From the NCBI GenBank assembly GCA_046758745.1, contig JBHIAV010000050.1, positions 1 to 19,233 of the forward strand: a stretch of DNA of 19,233 nucleotides, read 5' to 3'. The position numbers and the translations under genes are program-made. Position 1 is the stretch's first letter, and every line of letters starts with the position of its first letter. Positions 1-7,859 of this stretch are shown one piece after another. Below the pieces are notes generated by a model, which ran no database searches, had not been told where the DNA came from, and saw only the letters and a program-made list of their open reading frames with translations. Origin of the DNA: Gemmatimonadota bacterium (GTDB lineage Bacteria > Gemmatimonadota > Gemmatimonadetes > Palauibacterales > Palauibacteraceae).

Positions 1-2
1 GG

Positions 3-251
3 CTTCGCCTCGTGGCGATCACGGCGGAGCCGCCTTCCCCGGAGCTGGATGGATTTCTTCGCGAGCAGGGCGCGGATCTCCCGATCTATTACGACCCGCT
101 GAACGAGATTGAGGGCGCCTTCCATTCCTGGAGAGCGCCGTGGCTCTTCGTCGCCGACAGGTGGGGCAGGATCCGCTTCGAGCCCGACGATCTCGATGAT
201 GCCGCACGGCAGCTAGAGGTGCTCCAGATGGAGAGGAACATGGCCGCCTGA
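3..251 (+). CDS. TlpA/redoxin (thioredoxin-fold) protein, 3' part; 5' end outside the window
   Basis: Frame is open from the window edge: LRLVAITAE...FLREQGADLPIYYDPLNEIEGAFHSWRAPWLFVADRWGRIRF. This matches the C-terminal half of TlpA-like redoxins (cis-Pro loop followed by hhhD-x-x-G-x-I). The CxxC site is not in the window. Confidence 0.6.
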   Translation, partial: LRLVAITAEPPSPELDGFLREQGADLPIYYDPLNEIEGAFHSWRAPWLFVADRWGRIRFEPDDLDDAARQLEVLQMERNMAA

Positions 252-455
252 TTGCCTGGCGCTCAGCCGACCATCATCGCTTCCTGCTGTTCCCTCCGAC
301 GTCTGAATCCGCCACCGGTCGCAGCACCCGAACGTGGCGTTTCTGCTATTCGTCAGCTTTACCGAAACCGTTCACCGAGGAGCTTTCGGTCTCTTAGAGC
401 AGGAGGCGGGGCGAAGTCAGCTCTTAACGAGCCCATCCACAATGGGGAGGAGATC

Positions 456-662
456 ATGAATTCGAAGAGGATCCGCTGGGGCGGGGTCGCACTGATCGTC
501 GCACTACTTTCGCTCACACCGCTCACCTTCTCGCCCGCCGATGGGGTGGCGGAGAACCAGGTGTGCGGCACGAAGACCGGCGGCGGGACGTGCATCCGGG
601 AGACAGCTTCGGTGTGTGCCGGGAAGGGTCTGGAGATGTGGGATTACTACTACGAGCCTTAG
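456..662 (+). CDS. Small secreted Cys-containing peptide (68 aa)
   Basis: GGAGG at 446-450 precedes ATG 456. N-terminus is basic then hydrophobic (MNSKRIRWGGVALIVALLSLTPLTFSPADG). Predicted mature part has 3 Cys and ends WDYYYEP. Confidence 0.8.
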   Translation: MNSKRIRWGGVALIVALLSLTPLTFSPADGVAENQVCGTKTGGGTCIRETASVCAGKGLEMWDYYYEP

Positions 663-688
663 GTCGCGCCTCGGAGCCGACCTGAGGC
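656..688 (+). other. 11-bp RNA hairpin overlapping the peptide stop codon (no U-tract)
   Basis: GCCTTAGGTCG (656-666) pairs with CGACCTGAGGC (678-688), including one G-U pair. Confidence 0.55.
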
Positions 689-793
689 CACCCCGATACG
701 GCCCGGATAGCGGGCGCTTTTATCGCTGATCGCTCGTGCTGCTTCGCCCCGCCACCTGAACGTTGCACGACTCATCAGCGAGGAGAACGAGAA

Positions 794-1885
794 ATGAGAA
801 TCATCAAGCTCAGCACCGTACTGTTGGTGACCACGGCGTGGATGGTCTTCGCCGTGTCGCCCAAGACGAAGAGATCCGGAGGACCCCTCAGCCTCGACCA
901 TTCGTCTCTTCACGTGACCGAGCTGCAGGGTACCGTTCTGAGCGAGAGCGACCTGTTCGCTCTCCCCACCGCGATCGCCGTCGTCGAAGATCATCTGGTT
1001 CTCGTGGACCGGTTCGGCGAACACGTCGTGCACGTGCTCAGCAGAGCGACCGGCGAGATCATGGACTCCTTCGGCAGACATGGCGAGGGTCCGGGCGAGT
1101 TCAAGGTCGCGTACTCGATCGATCCCGTTCCCGGCGAGGAGCCGGTCTTCTGGATCTTCGACGCGGGATTGCAACGGCTCACCTGCGTCCGCCTGCATGA
1201 CGCCGACCGAAGGGAGCGACCGTGGGAGAGCCCGATCCTCGAGCTCCATGCTCGAGGCACCGTGACCAATCCGGTATGGGTGAGCGACGACGCGCTGATT
1301 TCCCTGGGCTTCTTCCTGGAGGGACGGCTCGCCAAGCTCGACGCGGCCGGCAACGTCACGGCGATGCTCGGGTCCCTTCCGGAGGCCGACCGCGAGGTTC
1401 CGCCGAACGTCCTGCTTCATGCGTATCAGGGCACGATGAAACCGAGTCCGGATCGCTCCCGTCTCGCCGTCGTCACGAGGCATGCCGGATTCGTTGAGAT
1501 CTACGGCGCGGGCGGAGAGCTCGTGAACCGGACGGGTGGTCCGTTCCCGTTCGAGCCGCGATTCGAGGTGAAGCCCGGCCCCGAAGGCCCGGTGATGGGG
1601 AGCGGCCGGGACCTCAGGTTCGGGTACCTGGACGTCGCGACTACGGGCGACCGCATCTACGCGCTGTTCTCCGGAAGGACGCGCGAAGGATTTCCGGGTC
1701 GGGCCAACTATGGCGAGTACGTCCACCTCTTCAACTGGTCGGGGGAATTCGAAGGCGCGCTCAGGCTCGACGCGGAAGCGATCGCGATCGCCGTCGATGC
1801 GGAAAAGCGAAGGCTGTACGCTGTGCGTCACCTTCCGCAGCCCGGAGTGCTCGCATACCGGCTTCCAGCGGCGGGCCGCCTGTGA
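794..1885 (+). CDS. Exported 6-bladed beta-propeller protein (TolB-like/BF3164-like, NHL-type blades)
   Basis: 363 aa with GAGGAG RBS and an N-terminal signal/anchor. Carries the FGRHGEGPGEF motif and repeated beta-blade patterns (YLDVATTGDRIYALFSGR, VHLFNWSGE, IAVDAEKRRLYAV). Confidence 0.8.
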   Translation: MRIIKLSTVLLVTTAWMVFAVSPKTKRSGGPLSLDHSSLHVTELQGTVLSESDLFALPTAIAVVEDHLVLVDRFGEHVVHVLSRATGEIMDSFGRHGEGPGEFKVAYSIDPVPGEEPVFWIFDAGLQRLTCVRLHDADRRERPWESPILELHARGTVTNPVWVSDDALISLGFFLEGRLAKLDAAGNVTAMLGSLPEADREVPPNVLLHAYQGTMKPSPDRSRLAVVTRHAGFVEIYGAGGELVNRTGGPFPFEPRFEVKPGPEGPVMGSGRDLRFGYLDVATTGDRIYALFSGRTREGFPGRANYGEYVHLFNWSGEFEGALRLDAEAIAIAVDAEKRRLYAVRHLPQPGVLAYRLPAAGRL

Positions 1886-2102
1886 GCTCGCGGCGACCGC
1901 GCGGGGCCGGGAGCTTCCTGCGGATTCCGGGCCTGGCCAGGGCACCGGCACACCCGTATGCAAGATCGGAGTCCTTTGTGGCATCTGTATGATAGGGAGG
2001 TGGGGTCCGAAAGCGTGGACGGCTCGCGCAACACCGCAGGTCTTGCGCGTCAGCCACGCAACTGGTGGGAGCGCCGGTGAAAGAGCCTGGGAAGTAGGAC
2101 GC

Positions 2103-2345
2103 ATGGACTTCAAGACGGCCGTCGAGGAGACCGCCCGAGGGGTCAGGCTGGAGGACATCGCGCAGGAGCTTATGGTTCCAGAGGCGCAGATCCGGCAGGC
2201 TCTGCTCGATCCCTCGGACCGCTTCTACCGGCCTCCGCCGCCTACCTGGAAGCGGGCGGTGGCGCGACTGGCGTGGGAGCGCGGCGGGCTGCTGCACGCC
2301 CTGGCGCGCAAGCTGGAGCAAGAGGCTGAGGTAGCGATCACATAG
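2103..2345 (+). CDS. Small hypothetical protein with possible HTH (80 aa)
   Basis: AGGA precedes ATG 2103. Segment VRLEDIAQELMVPEAQIRQA has an HTH-like pattern, and the C-terminus is an amphipathic helix. Confidence 0.7.
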   Translation: MDFKTAVEETARGVRLEDIAQELMVPEAQIRQALLDPSDRFYRPPPPTWKRAVARLAWERGGLLHALARKLEQEAEVAIT

Positions 2346-2465
2346 ATGTGACAGCGAGCCGCTGCCCGGTGGGCGAGGCGCGTTCCGCGGGTGTCTTTGC
2401 TCGGACCCGACGTGCCGGTGACCCTGCCGGGCACGGCTCGCTGTTCGGATTGACGGACTACGTCT

Positions 2466-2648
2466 TCAGCAGGTGAAGAGACCGGGGACATTCACCTCGA
2501 ACTGACGCTCCCAGCCTTCGTCGGACAACTCGAGAGCCGGGGCCATCGCCAGCACGCCGGCGTTGGCCACCAGGCCGTCCAGCTCCCAAACTCCTCGGCG
2601 CCCTCCGGATCCAGGTCCGTCGAGATGACGTCCGCCCGCAGCCTCCGC
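2466..2648 (-). pseudogene. Short-chain dehydrogenase/reductase (SDR, FabG-like) remnant
   Basis: Allowing two frameshifts, the minus strand reads AEAG/ADVISTDLDPEGAEEFG/ELDGLVANAGVLAMAPALELSDEGWERQFEVNVPGLFTC*. This contains the SDR 'LDxLVxNAG' and 'W...F.VNV.G.F' motifs. The TGxxxGIG and YxxxK motifs are absent. Confidence 0.8.
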
Positions 2649-2778
2649 TGGGGGGTGGAAGCACCGTCTCCGATGGGGAATCGAGTGGGTCCCTCCTCTT
2701 CTCGCCAGAGCCGGGCGTGCCTCTGCCGGGGTGGACGGTCCAACTTTAATTTACCGTCGACCTCGGAAGAACGGTGAC

Positions 2779-5700
2779 ATGTCCGACTCCAAGCCCGATA
2801 TGGAGTGGAAGCAAGGTATTTGTGGCATTTGCCCGGCAGGCTGCTGGGTGGAAGTAGGCCTCCGCGGCGGCAGGTTGGAGGACATCCGCGCCGACACAGG
2901 CCACCCCCTGGGGTTGATCTGCCGGCGGGGCCAGCACGCCCCCGAGATCGTCTACTCCGAGCGCCGGCTGCGGTATCCCATGAAGCGGGTGGGCCCACGG
3001 GGCACGCTGGAGTTCGAACGTGTTTCGTGGGATGAGGCGTATGACCTGATCGTGGCGAGCCTGAACCGCATCAAGGCGGAATCCGGTCCGGAGGCCGTCT
3101 CCATCTACACGGGTCGCGGGGCCTTCGAGCTCTCCCTGTGCGACATGTTCCAACCCAGGGGCGTGGCGGTCTCCTCGGCCTCCAACATTCTGTTTCCCTT
3201 CGGCTCGCCCAACACCATGGGGGTGGGGGCGTTGTGCTACGTCTCCTTCGCCATGATCGCCCCCCACGTCACCATGGGGCGGATGCTCATTGACATGTTC
3301 ACCGACATGGAGCATGCGGAGTTGCTGGTGGTGTGGGGTGCCAATCCGGCCACCGACTCGCCGCCACTGGACATGCACCGTCTGGAAGCGGCCGCCAGAC
3401 GCGGCGCCCGGGTGTCAGTCATCGATCCGCGCCGTACCGAGACCGTGATGCGGACCGGAGCCGAGTGGATCCCCATCCGCCCCGGCACCGACGCCGCCCT
3501 GGCCCTGGCCATGCTGCAGGTGATGATCGATGAAGAACTTTACGACGAGGACTTCGCCGAGAACTGGTGCCATGGCTTCGGTGAGCTGCGCACGTATGTC
3601 CAGCACTTTCGCCCGGAGGTGGTGGAGACCATCACCGGCGTGCCGGCCAAGATCATCCGCAGCCTGGCGCGGCGCATCGCCAAGGCCACCGGGGCTTGTC
3701 CGGTCATGTATACCGGCCTGGAGTATTCCGACAGCGGTGTTCAAGCCATCCGCGCCGTGCTGACGGTATTTGCGTTGGCCGGACAACTGGATGTCCCAGG
3801 CGGCATCGGACTGGCGGCGCGGGACGCGCACTTCCCCATCAACCGCGCCTGCAATCAGGAAAACCCCGATCCGGATCGGGCCGTGGCGCGCGACAGGTTT
3901 CCCATCTATAGCCGCTACCGCGGGGAGGGCCACGCCAGCGGGCTCGTGCACTCGGTGCTGGCAGGGGAGCCATATTCCATTCGGGCACTCATTATCCACG
4001 GCGCTTCCCTGCTGACCTCCTGGCCGCAGACCGCGCTGTGGCGGGCGACCCTCTCGAAGCTGGATTTCATCGCGTGTATCGACCGTCAGCTGACCGCGGA
4101 CGCCGCGTACGCCGATGTCGTGCTGCCCGCCACGACCATGTTCGAGATCCAGTCCTACATGGTCTACGGGCCCATTTTCCGCATCCGCGAAAAACTCATT
4201 GAGCCGGTGGGTGAGGCGCGCAACGACTACCTGATCATGGCCGAGCTGGCCGAGCGACTGGGGTATGGTCACCTGTATCCTCGCAGCGAAGAGGCCCTGC
4301 TGCGTTTCGTCCTGGACGGCTCGGGCTACACCGTGGAACGGGTGCGGGAGGCAGGCGGCTGGGTGAAGCTCCCCACTCCGTTGATGGAGTACGTGAAGTG
4401 GGAGAAGGGCCTTCTGCGCTCGGACGGGAAACCAGGCTTCGATACACCCACGGGCAAGTTCGAGATCTGGTCCACCATCCTGGAAGAGTACGGCTATGAG
4501 CCACTGCCCAAGTACACGGAGCCGAAGGAAGGCCCCCTCGGCAGCCCCGAGCTCGCTCGGCAGTATCCGCTGGTCTTCAATTCCGGCGCCCGCCCCAACA
4601 CCGATTTCCGCTCGCAACACCACGGCGTCGACGGCCTGCTGCGGGACAACCCGGAACCCACCATCGAGATGAACGCCGCCGATGCCGCCGAGCGCGGAGT
4701 CGAGACCGGCGATCGGGTGGAGGTGCGCTCACCGCGGGGCGCGGTGCCGTTCCGCGCCCGGGTCACCGAAGACATCGTCGAGGGCGCTGTGGAGATCAAC
4801 ATGGGCGGCGGCACGCCCGTGGGCCCCGAGGCCTGGCAGGAATGGAACGTCAACGAACTCACCAGTCTTGCAGCCTACGACGAGATCTCCGGCTTTCCGG
4901 TGTTCAAGGCCTTGCTGTGCGACGTGGTCAAGGTAGGCCAAGCGACCGAGCAGACCCGCGCCAGCGCGGCCGCGGCCGCAGGCGTATGCGCCCCGCCCAC
5001 ATCTCCCGTCCACGGTGACTCCCGCCGACCCGGTAGACGGATCTATCTGGACAACAATGCCACCAGCCGCCTTGCCGATACGGTGCGCGAGGCCATGCTG
5101 CCATTCCTGGAAACCGGCTACGGTAATCCCTCCAGCATCTACACCCAGGGGCGTCGCGCGCACGAGGCCATCGAGAACGCCCGCCGCCGAGTGGGCCGGC
5201 TCATCAATGCCCGTCCACGCCGCATCCTGTTCACCGGCGGCGGCTCGGAATCCAACAACCTGGCGCTGAAGGGCATCGCCTTCGCGCGCGGTGCCCAGGG
5301 CGATCACATCATCACCACCGCGATCGAACACCCCGCCATCCTCCAGACCTGCCGGTTCCTGGAGCGTATGGGCTTCCGTCTCACCTACCTGCCGGTGGAT
5401 AGCGACGGATTGGTAGACCCGGAGGCGCTGCACGGTGCCATCGATGACCACACCCTCGTGGTCTCCATCATGATGGCCAACAACGAGGTGGGCACCATCC
5501 AGCCGATAAAAGAGCTTCGCGACATCACACATGAGCGTGGCGTGTTGTTCCACACCGACGCAGTACAGGCAGTGGGCAAGATCCCGGTGGACGTGGAGGA
5601 GCTGGGGGCGGATCTGCTAAGCCTCTCGGGGCATAAGTTCCACGGTCCAAAGGGGGTGGGCGCGCTCTACGTTCGCAAGGGCGTGGAACTCGAGCCGTTG

Positions 5701-6192
5701 ATTCACGGCGGCAAGCAGGAACAAGGCCTGCGTGCGGGCACTGAGAACGTCGCGGCCATCGTGGGGCTCGGCAGGGCGGCCGAACTGGCCATTCAGGCTC
5801 TGCCGCTATCGCAGGAGACAGGGAGGCTGCGCGACCGTCTGGAGGCCGGCATTCGCGAGCTTATCCCGGACGCCCGGCTGAACGGCCACCGGATGCGGCG
5901 TCTATCCAACACGCTGAACCTGACGCTGCCCCGACTGCGCGGCGAGAGCCTGGTCGTAGCGCTGGATCAGCATGGCATCGCAGCGTCCTCGGGCTCGGCG
6001 TGCAAGTCGGGGTCACCCGACCCCACCCACGTGCTGATCGCCATGGGTCGCAGCACGGCGGACGCCCACTCCGCCGTGCGCTTCTCCCTCAGCCACGATA
6101 CCACGGCGGAGGAGATTGATCAGGTGCTCCATGCCTTGGAGGAGGTGTTGGAAGAGATGGAGACCACGGTACGCTTTCTACCGTGCAAGTAG
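2779..6192 (+). CDS. Fusion of a molybdopterin (Mo/W-bisPGD, DMSO reductase superfamily) oxidoreductase and a group I NifS/IscS-type cysteine desulfurase
   Basis: N-terminal domain has CGICPAGC...C (C15/18/22/48, 4Fe-4S), VWGANP, VIDPRRT, PIRPGTD, ADVVLPA and a MopB C-terminal domain (EMNAADAAERGVETGDRVEVRSPRG). After a linker come IYLDNNAT, HTDAVQAVGK, SGHKFHGPKG (PLP Lys) and SSGSAC. Start is ATG 2779 (ATG 2800 possible). Confidence 0.93.
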   Translation: MSDSKPDMEWKQGICGICPAGCWVEVGLRGGRLEDIRADTGHPLGLICRRGQHAPEIVYSERRLRYPMKRVGPRGTLEFERVSWDEAYDLIVASLNRIKAESGPEAVSIYTGRGAFELSLCDMFQPRGVAVSSASNILFPFGSPNTMGVGALCYVSFAMIAPHVTMGRMLIDMFTDMEHAELLVVWGANPATDSPPLDMHRLEAAARRGARVSVIDPRRTETVMRTGAEWIPIRPGTDAALALAMLQVMIDEELYDEDFAENWCHGFGELRTYVQHFRPEVVETITGVPAKIIRSLARRIAKATGACPVMYTGLEYSDSGVQAIRAVLTVFALAGQLDVPGGIGLAARDAHFPINRACNQENPDPDRAVARDRFPIYSRYRGEGHASGLVHSVLAGEPYSIRALIIHGASLLTSWPQTALWRATLSKLDFIACIDRQLTADAAYADVVLPATTMFEIQSYMVYGPIFRIREKLIEPVGEARNDYLIMAELAERLGYGHLYPRSEEALLRFVLDGSGYTVERVREAGGWVKLPTPLMEYVKWEKGLLRSDGKPGFDTPTGKFEIWSTILEEYGYEPLPKYTEPKEGPLGSPELARQYPLVFNSGARPNTDFRSQHHGVDGLLRDNPEPTIEMNAADAAERGVETGDRVEVRSPRGAVPFRARVTEDIVEGAVEINMGGGTPVGPEAWQEWNVNELTSLAAYDEISGFPVFKALLCDVVKVGQATEQTRASAAAAAGVCAPPTSPVHGDSRRPGRRIYLDNNATSRLADTVREAMLPFLETGYGNPSSIYTQGRRAHEAIENARRRVGRLINARPRRILFTGGGSESNNLALKGIAFARGAQGDHIITTAIEHPAILQTCRFLERMGFRLTYLPVDSDGLVDPEALHGAIDDHTLVVSIMMANNEVGTIQPIKELRDITHERGVLFHTDAVQAVGKIPVDVEELGADLLSLSGHKFHGPKGVGALYVRKGVELEPLIHGGKQEQGLRAGTENVAAIVGLGRAAELAIQALPLSQETGRLRDRLEAGIRELIPDARLNGHRMRRLSNTLNLTLPRLRGESLVVALDQHGIAASSGSACKSGSPDPTHVLIAMGRSTADAHSAVRFSLSHDTTAEEIDQVLHALEEVLEEMETTVRFLPCK

Positions 6193-6394
6193 CCGGACGA
6201 AGCGGCGGGCGGCGCCTGGAACCGTGATGGTGGCCGCCCTGGAGACGCCGCAAAGGTGGCGGCAGCCGGTCACGGGGCGGTCAGAGGCCCGTCAGCGAGA
6301 CGTGACGCGCGAACTTCGAGGCTATCCTATTCTCGGTGCCGAGGGGACCGTTGGCGGGGAATGCGCAATCCCTTAGATGTCGGGATCCCGAAAG

Positions 6395-6467
6395 AGCGGG
6401 CGACCGGTCTCGAACCGGCGACCTTCAGCTTGGGAAGCTGACGCTCTGCCTGCTGAGCTACGCCCGC
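6395..6467 (-). tRNA. tRNA-Gly (anticodon CCC)
   Basis: Acceptor GCGGGCG/CGCCCGC, discriminator U, anticodon arm TCAGC-TTCCCAA-GCTGA, T arm GCCGG-TTCGAGA-CCGGT. CCA is not encoded. Confidence 0.97.
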
Positions 6468-6592
6468 GCGTCACCGGCGCGTCCGAGCCGGTGTTTTCCA
6501 TCCGTCCAGTGCTGCAGCCGCGACACCGCCGGGGCGCCGCCTGCGAGCAGGGGTCTTTCCGCACTCCCCGCCCGACGGTGGTGCGTGCGGTA

Positions 6593-6666
6593 TGGGGCGG
6601 GAGGGACTCGAACCCCCGACCTCTGCGATGTGAGCGCAGCGCTCTGGCCGGCTGAGCTACCGCCCC
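6593..6666 (-). tRNA. tRNA-Val (anticodon CAC)
   Basis: Acceptor GGGGCGG/CCGCCCC, discriminator A, anticodon arm CTGCG-CTCACAT-CGCAG, T arm GGGGG-TTCGAGT-CCCTC. CCA is not encoded. Confidence 0.95.
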
Positions 6667-6773
6667 GGATCTTCGCGCCCGCGCCGGAGAAACGATCCGC
6701 CCCAGGCCACGCTGCTCCCGGCGGGCAAGGCACAAAACGGAGCCACGCCCGGGGGCCGGCTCCGCACGCCTCG

Positions 6774-6803
6774 ATTCTACCCTGCGCCGGGAGGGGGTGT
6801 CAA
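6774..6803 (-). promoter_or_regulatory. sigma70-type promoter for the tRNA-Val/tRNA-Gly pair
   Basis: TTGACA (6803-6798), 18-nt spacer, TAGAAT (6779-6774), about 100 nt upstream of tRNA-Val. Confidence 0.85.
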
Positions 6804-6831
6804 CCGAGCGCCGCCCGGGCGCCACGCCAGG

Positions 6832-7836
6832 CTAGTGCCTCCACGGGGTGAGCATCTTCCTCACGATCGCACCGTTGTCCGACAGGAACTCGCCCAAGGT
6901 CTTCTCCGTGTTGGCCCGGGTGCTGATGTAGCAGGCGGTGCACGTGTTCTGCTTGGTGAACTGCTCCAGCATGTCCTGCTGCTTCTCGAAATACGCCATC
7001 ACCATGGCGCAGGGTGTGAGACGACCGTCCGGATTGATGACGAGAAAGCGGCGCCCGGCCTGGCAACCGGAGATCCCGTCCTCGGTCATGAAGCGGTAGA
7101 ACTTCCACAGCACACGCGGCTGGGTGTAGACGGGATAGCCTTGCCGCCGGAGATCGATCACCTCCTCGATCTTCTCCTTGAGACCGGCGAGCGCCTCCTC
7201 GCCCTGAACGAGACCGCTCCGATCCTGCACTCGGAGGTGCGTGTACACCGAGAAGTTGACCGGCAGACCCCACTCCTTCGCCAGGCGGACGATGTCCGGC
7301 AGATCTCTGTAGTTCCAGTCCGTGATGCACACGTTGAGCAGCACGTCGTCCTTCTCGGTCGCCCGGGCCAGCTCGGGGAGCACCTCGGACATGCGGCCGA
7401 ACAGCCCCGGGATGCGCCGGAACTCGCTGTGGCGATCGTCGGGGAAGTCGAGGGAGACGGAGAGCTGATGCATCCCGGCCCTCTTCAGCCTGAAGAAGCG
7501 CTCCGAGGTGAGATTCGAGGCGTTGGTGACGACGATCATCCAGGGAAGTCCGCCCTTGTTCGTCATCTTCTCTACGATCTCGTAGACGTCGCCGCGCGCG
7601 AGCGGCTCCCCGCCGGAGACGTGCGACACGACGGGCCGGAGCTCCCGACAGATCTCGGCGTACTCGTCCGCCGTGAGGCGAGTCTCCTTGATCGGCCCTC
7701 CCCAGTTGCAGTGCCAGCAGTTCGCCGTGCAGGAATGGGTGATCTCGAACGAGACGGAGAGCGGCTTGTTCCGGAAGCGGTTGCGGATCCCGCGCGCAAG
7801 CATCTTGAGACCCATCGAGCCGGACACGTTCGGCAT
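6832..7836 (-). CDS. Radical SAM protein with C-terminal SPASM/Twitch-like Cys motif (334 aa)
   Basis: CTANCWHC (CxxxCxxC), SGGEP, VTNA, GCQAGRRFLVINPDGRLTPC and CTAC. AGGAGG RBS precedes ATG 7836. Confidence 0.92.
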   Translation of the reverse strand: MPNVSGSMGLKMLARGIRNRFRNKPLSVSFEITHSCTANCWHCNWGGPIKETRLTADEYAEICRELRPVVSHVSGGEPLARGDVYEIVEKMTNKGGLPWMIVVTNASNLTSERFFRLKRAGMHQLSVSLDFPDDRHSEFRRIPGLFGRMSEVLPELARATEKDDVLLNVCITDWNYRDLPDIVRLAKEWGLPVNFSVYTHLRVQDRSGLVQGEEALAGLKEKIEEVIDLRRQGYPVYTQPRVLWKFYRFMTEDGISGCQAGRRFLVINPDGRLTPCAMVMAYFEKQQDMLEQFTKQNTCTACYISTRANTEKTLGEFLSDNGAIVRKMLTPWRH

Positions 7837-7859
7837 GCGGACGCCCCTCCTCTCGCTCC

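Noticed and set aside
659-2158. 499-aa minus-strand ORF
   Set aside because: Antisense shadow of the beta-propeller gene; no motifs; expected in high-GC DNA.
2779-4935. Calling the Mo/W domain acetylene hydratase, formate dehydrogenase or nitrate reductase
   Set aside because: The residue after the second Fe-S Cys is Pro, not the catalytic Asp of acetylene hydratase. The candidate ligand Cys is followed by Tyr, not His (FDH) or Met (NapA). Substrate cannot be assigned.
1-6394. Prophage/ICE or att duplication of the tRNA-Gly 3' end
   Set aside because: No integrase, transposase or repeated tRNA fragment found by eye in the window.
6593-6666. Ala-identity tRNA with a Val anticodon (5' GGGGC start)
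   Set aside because: Pair 3:70 is G:C, not G:U; consistent with an ordinary tRNA-Val.
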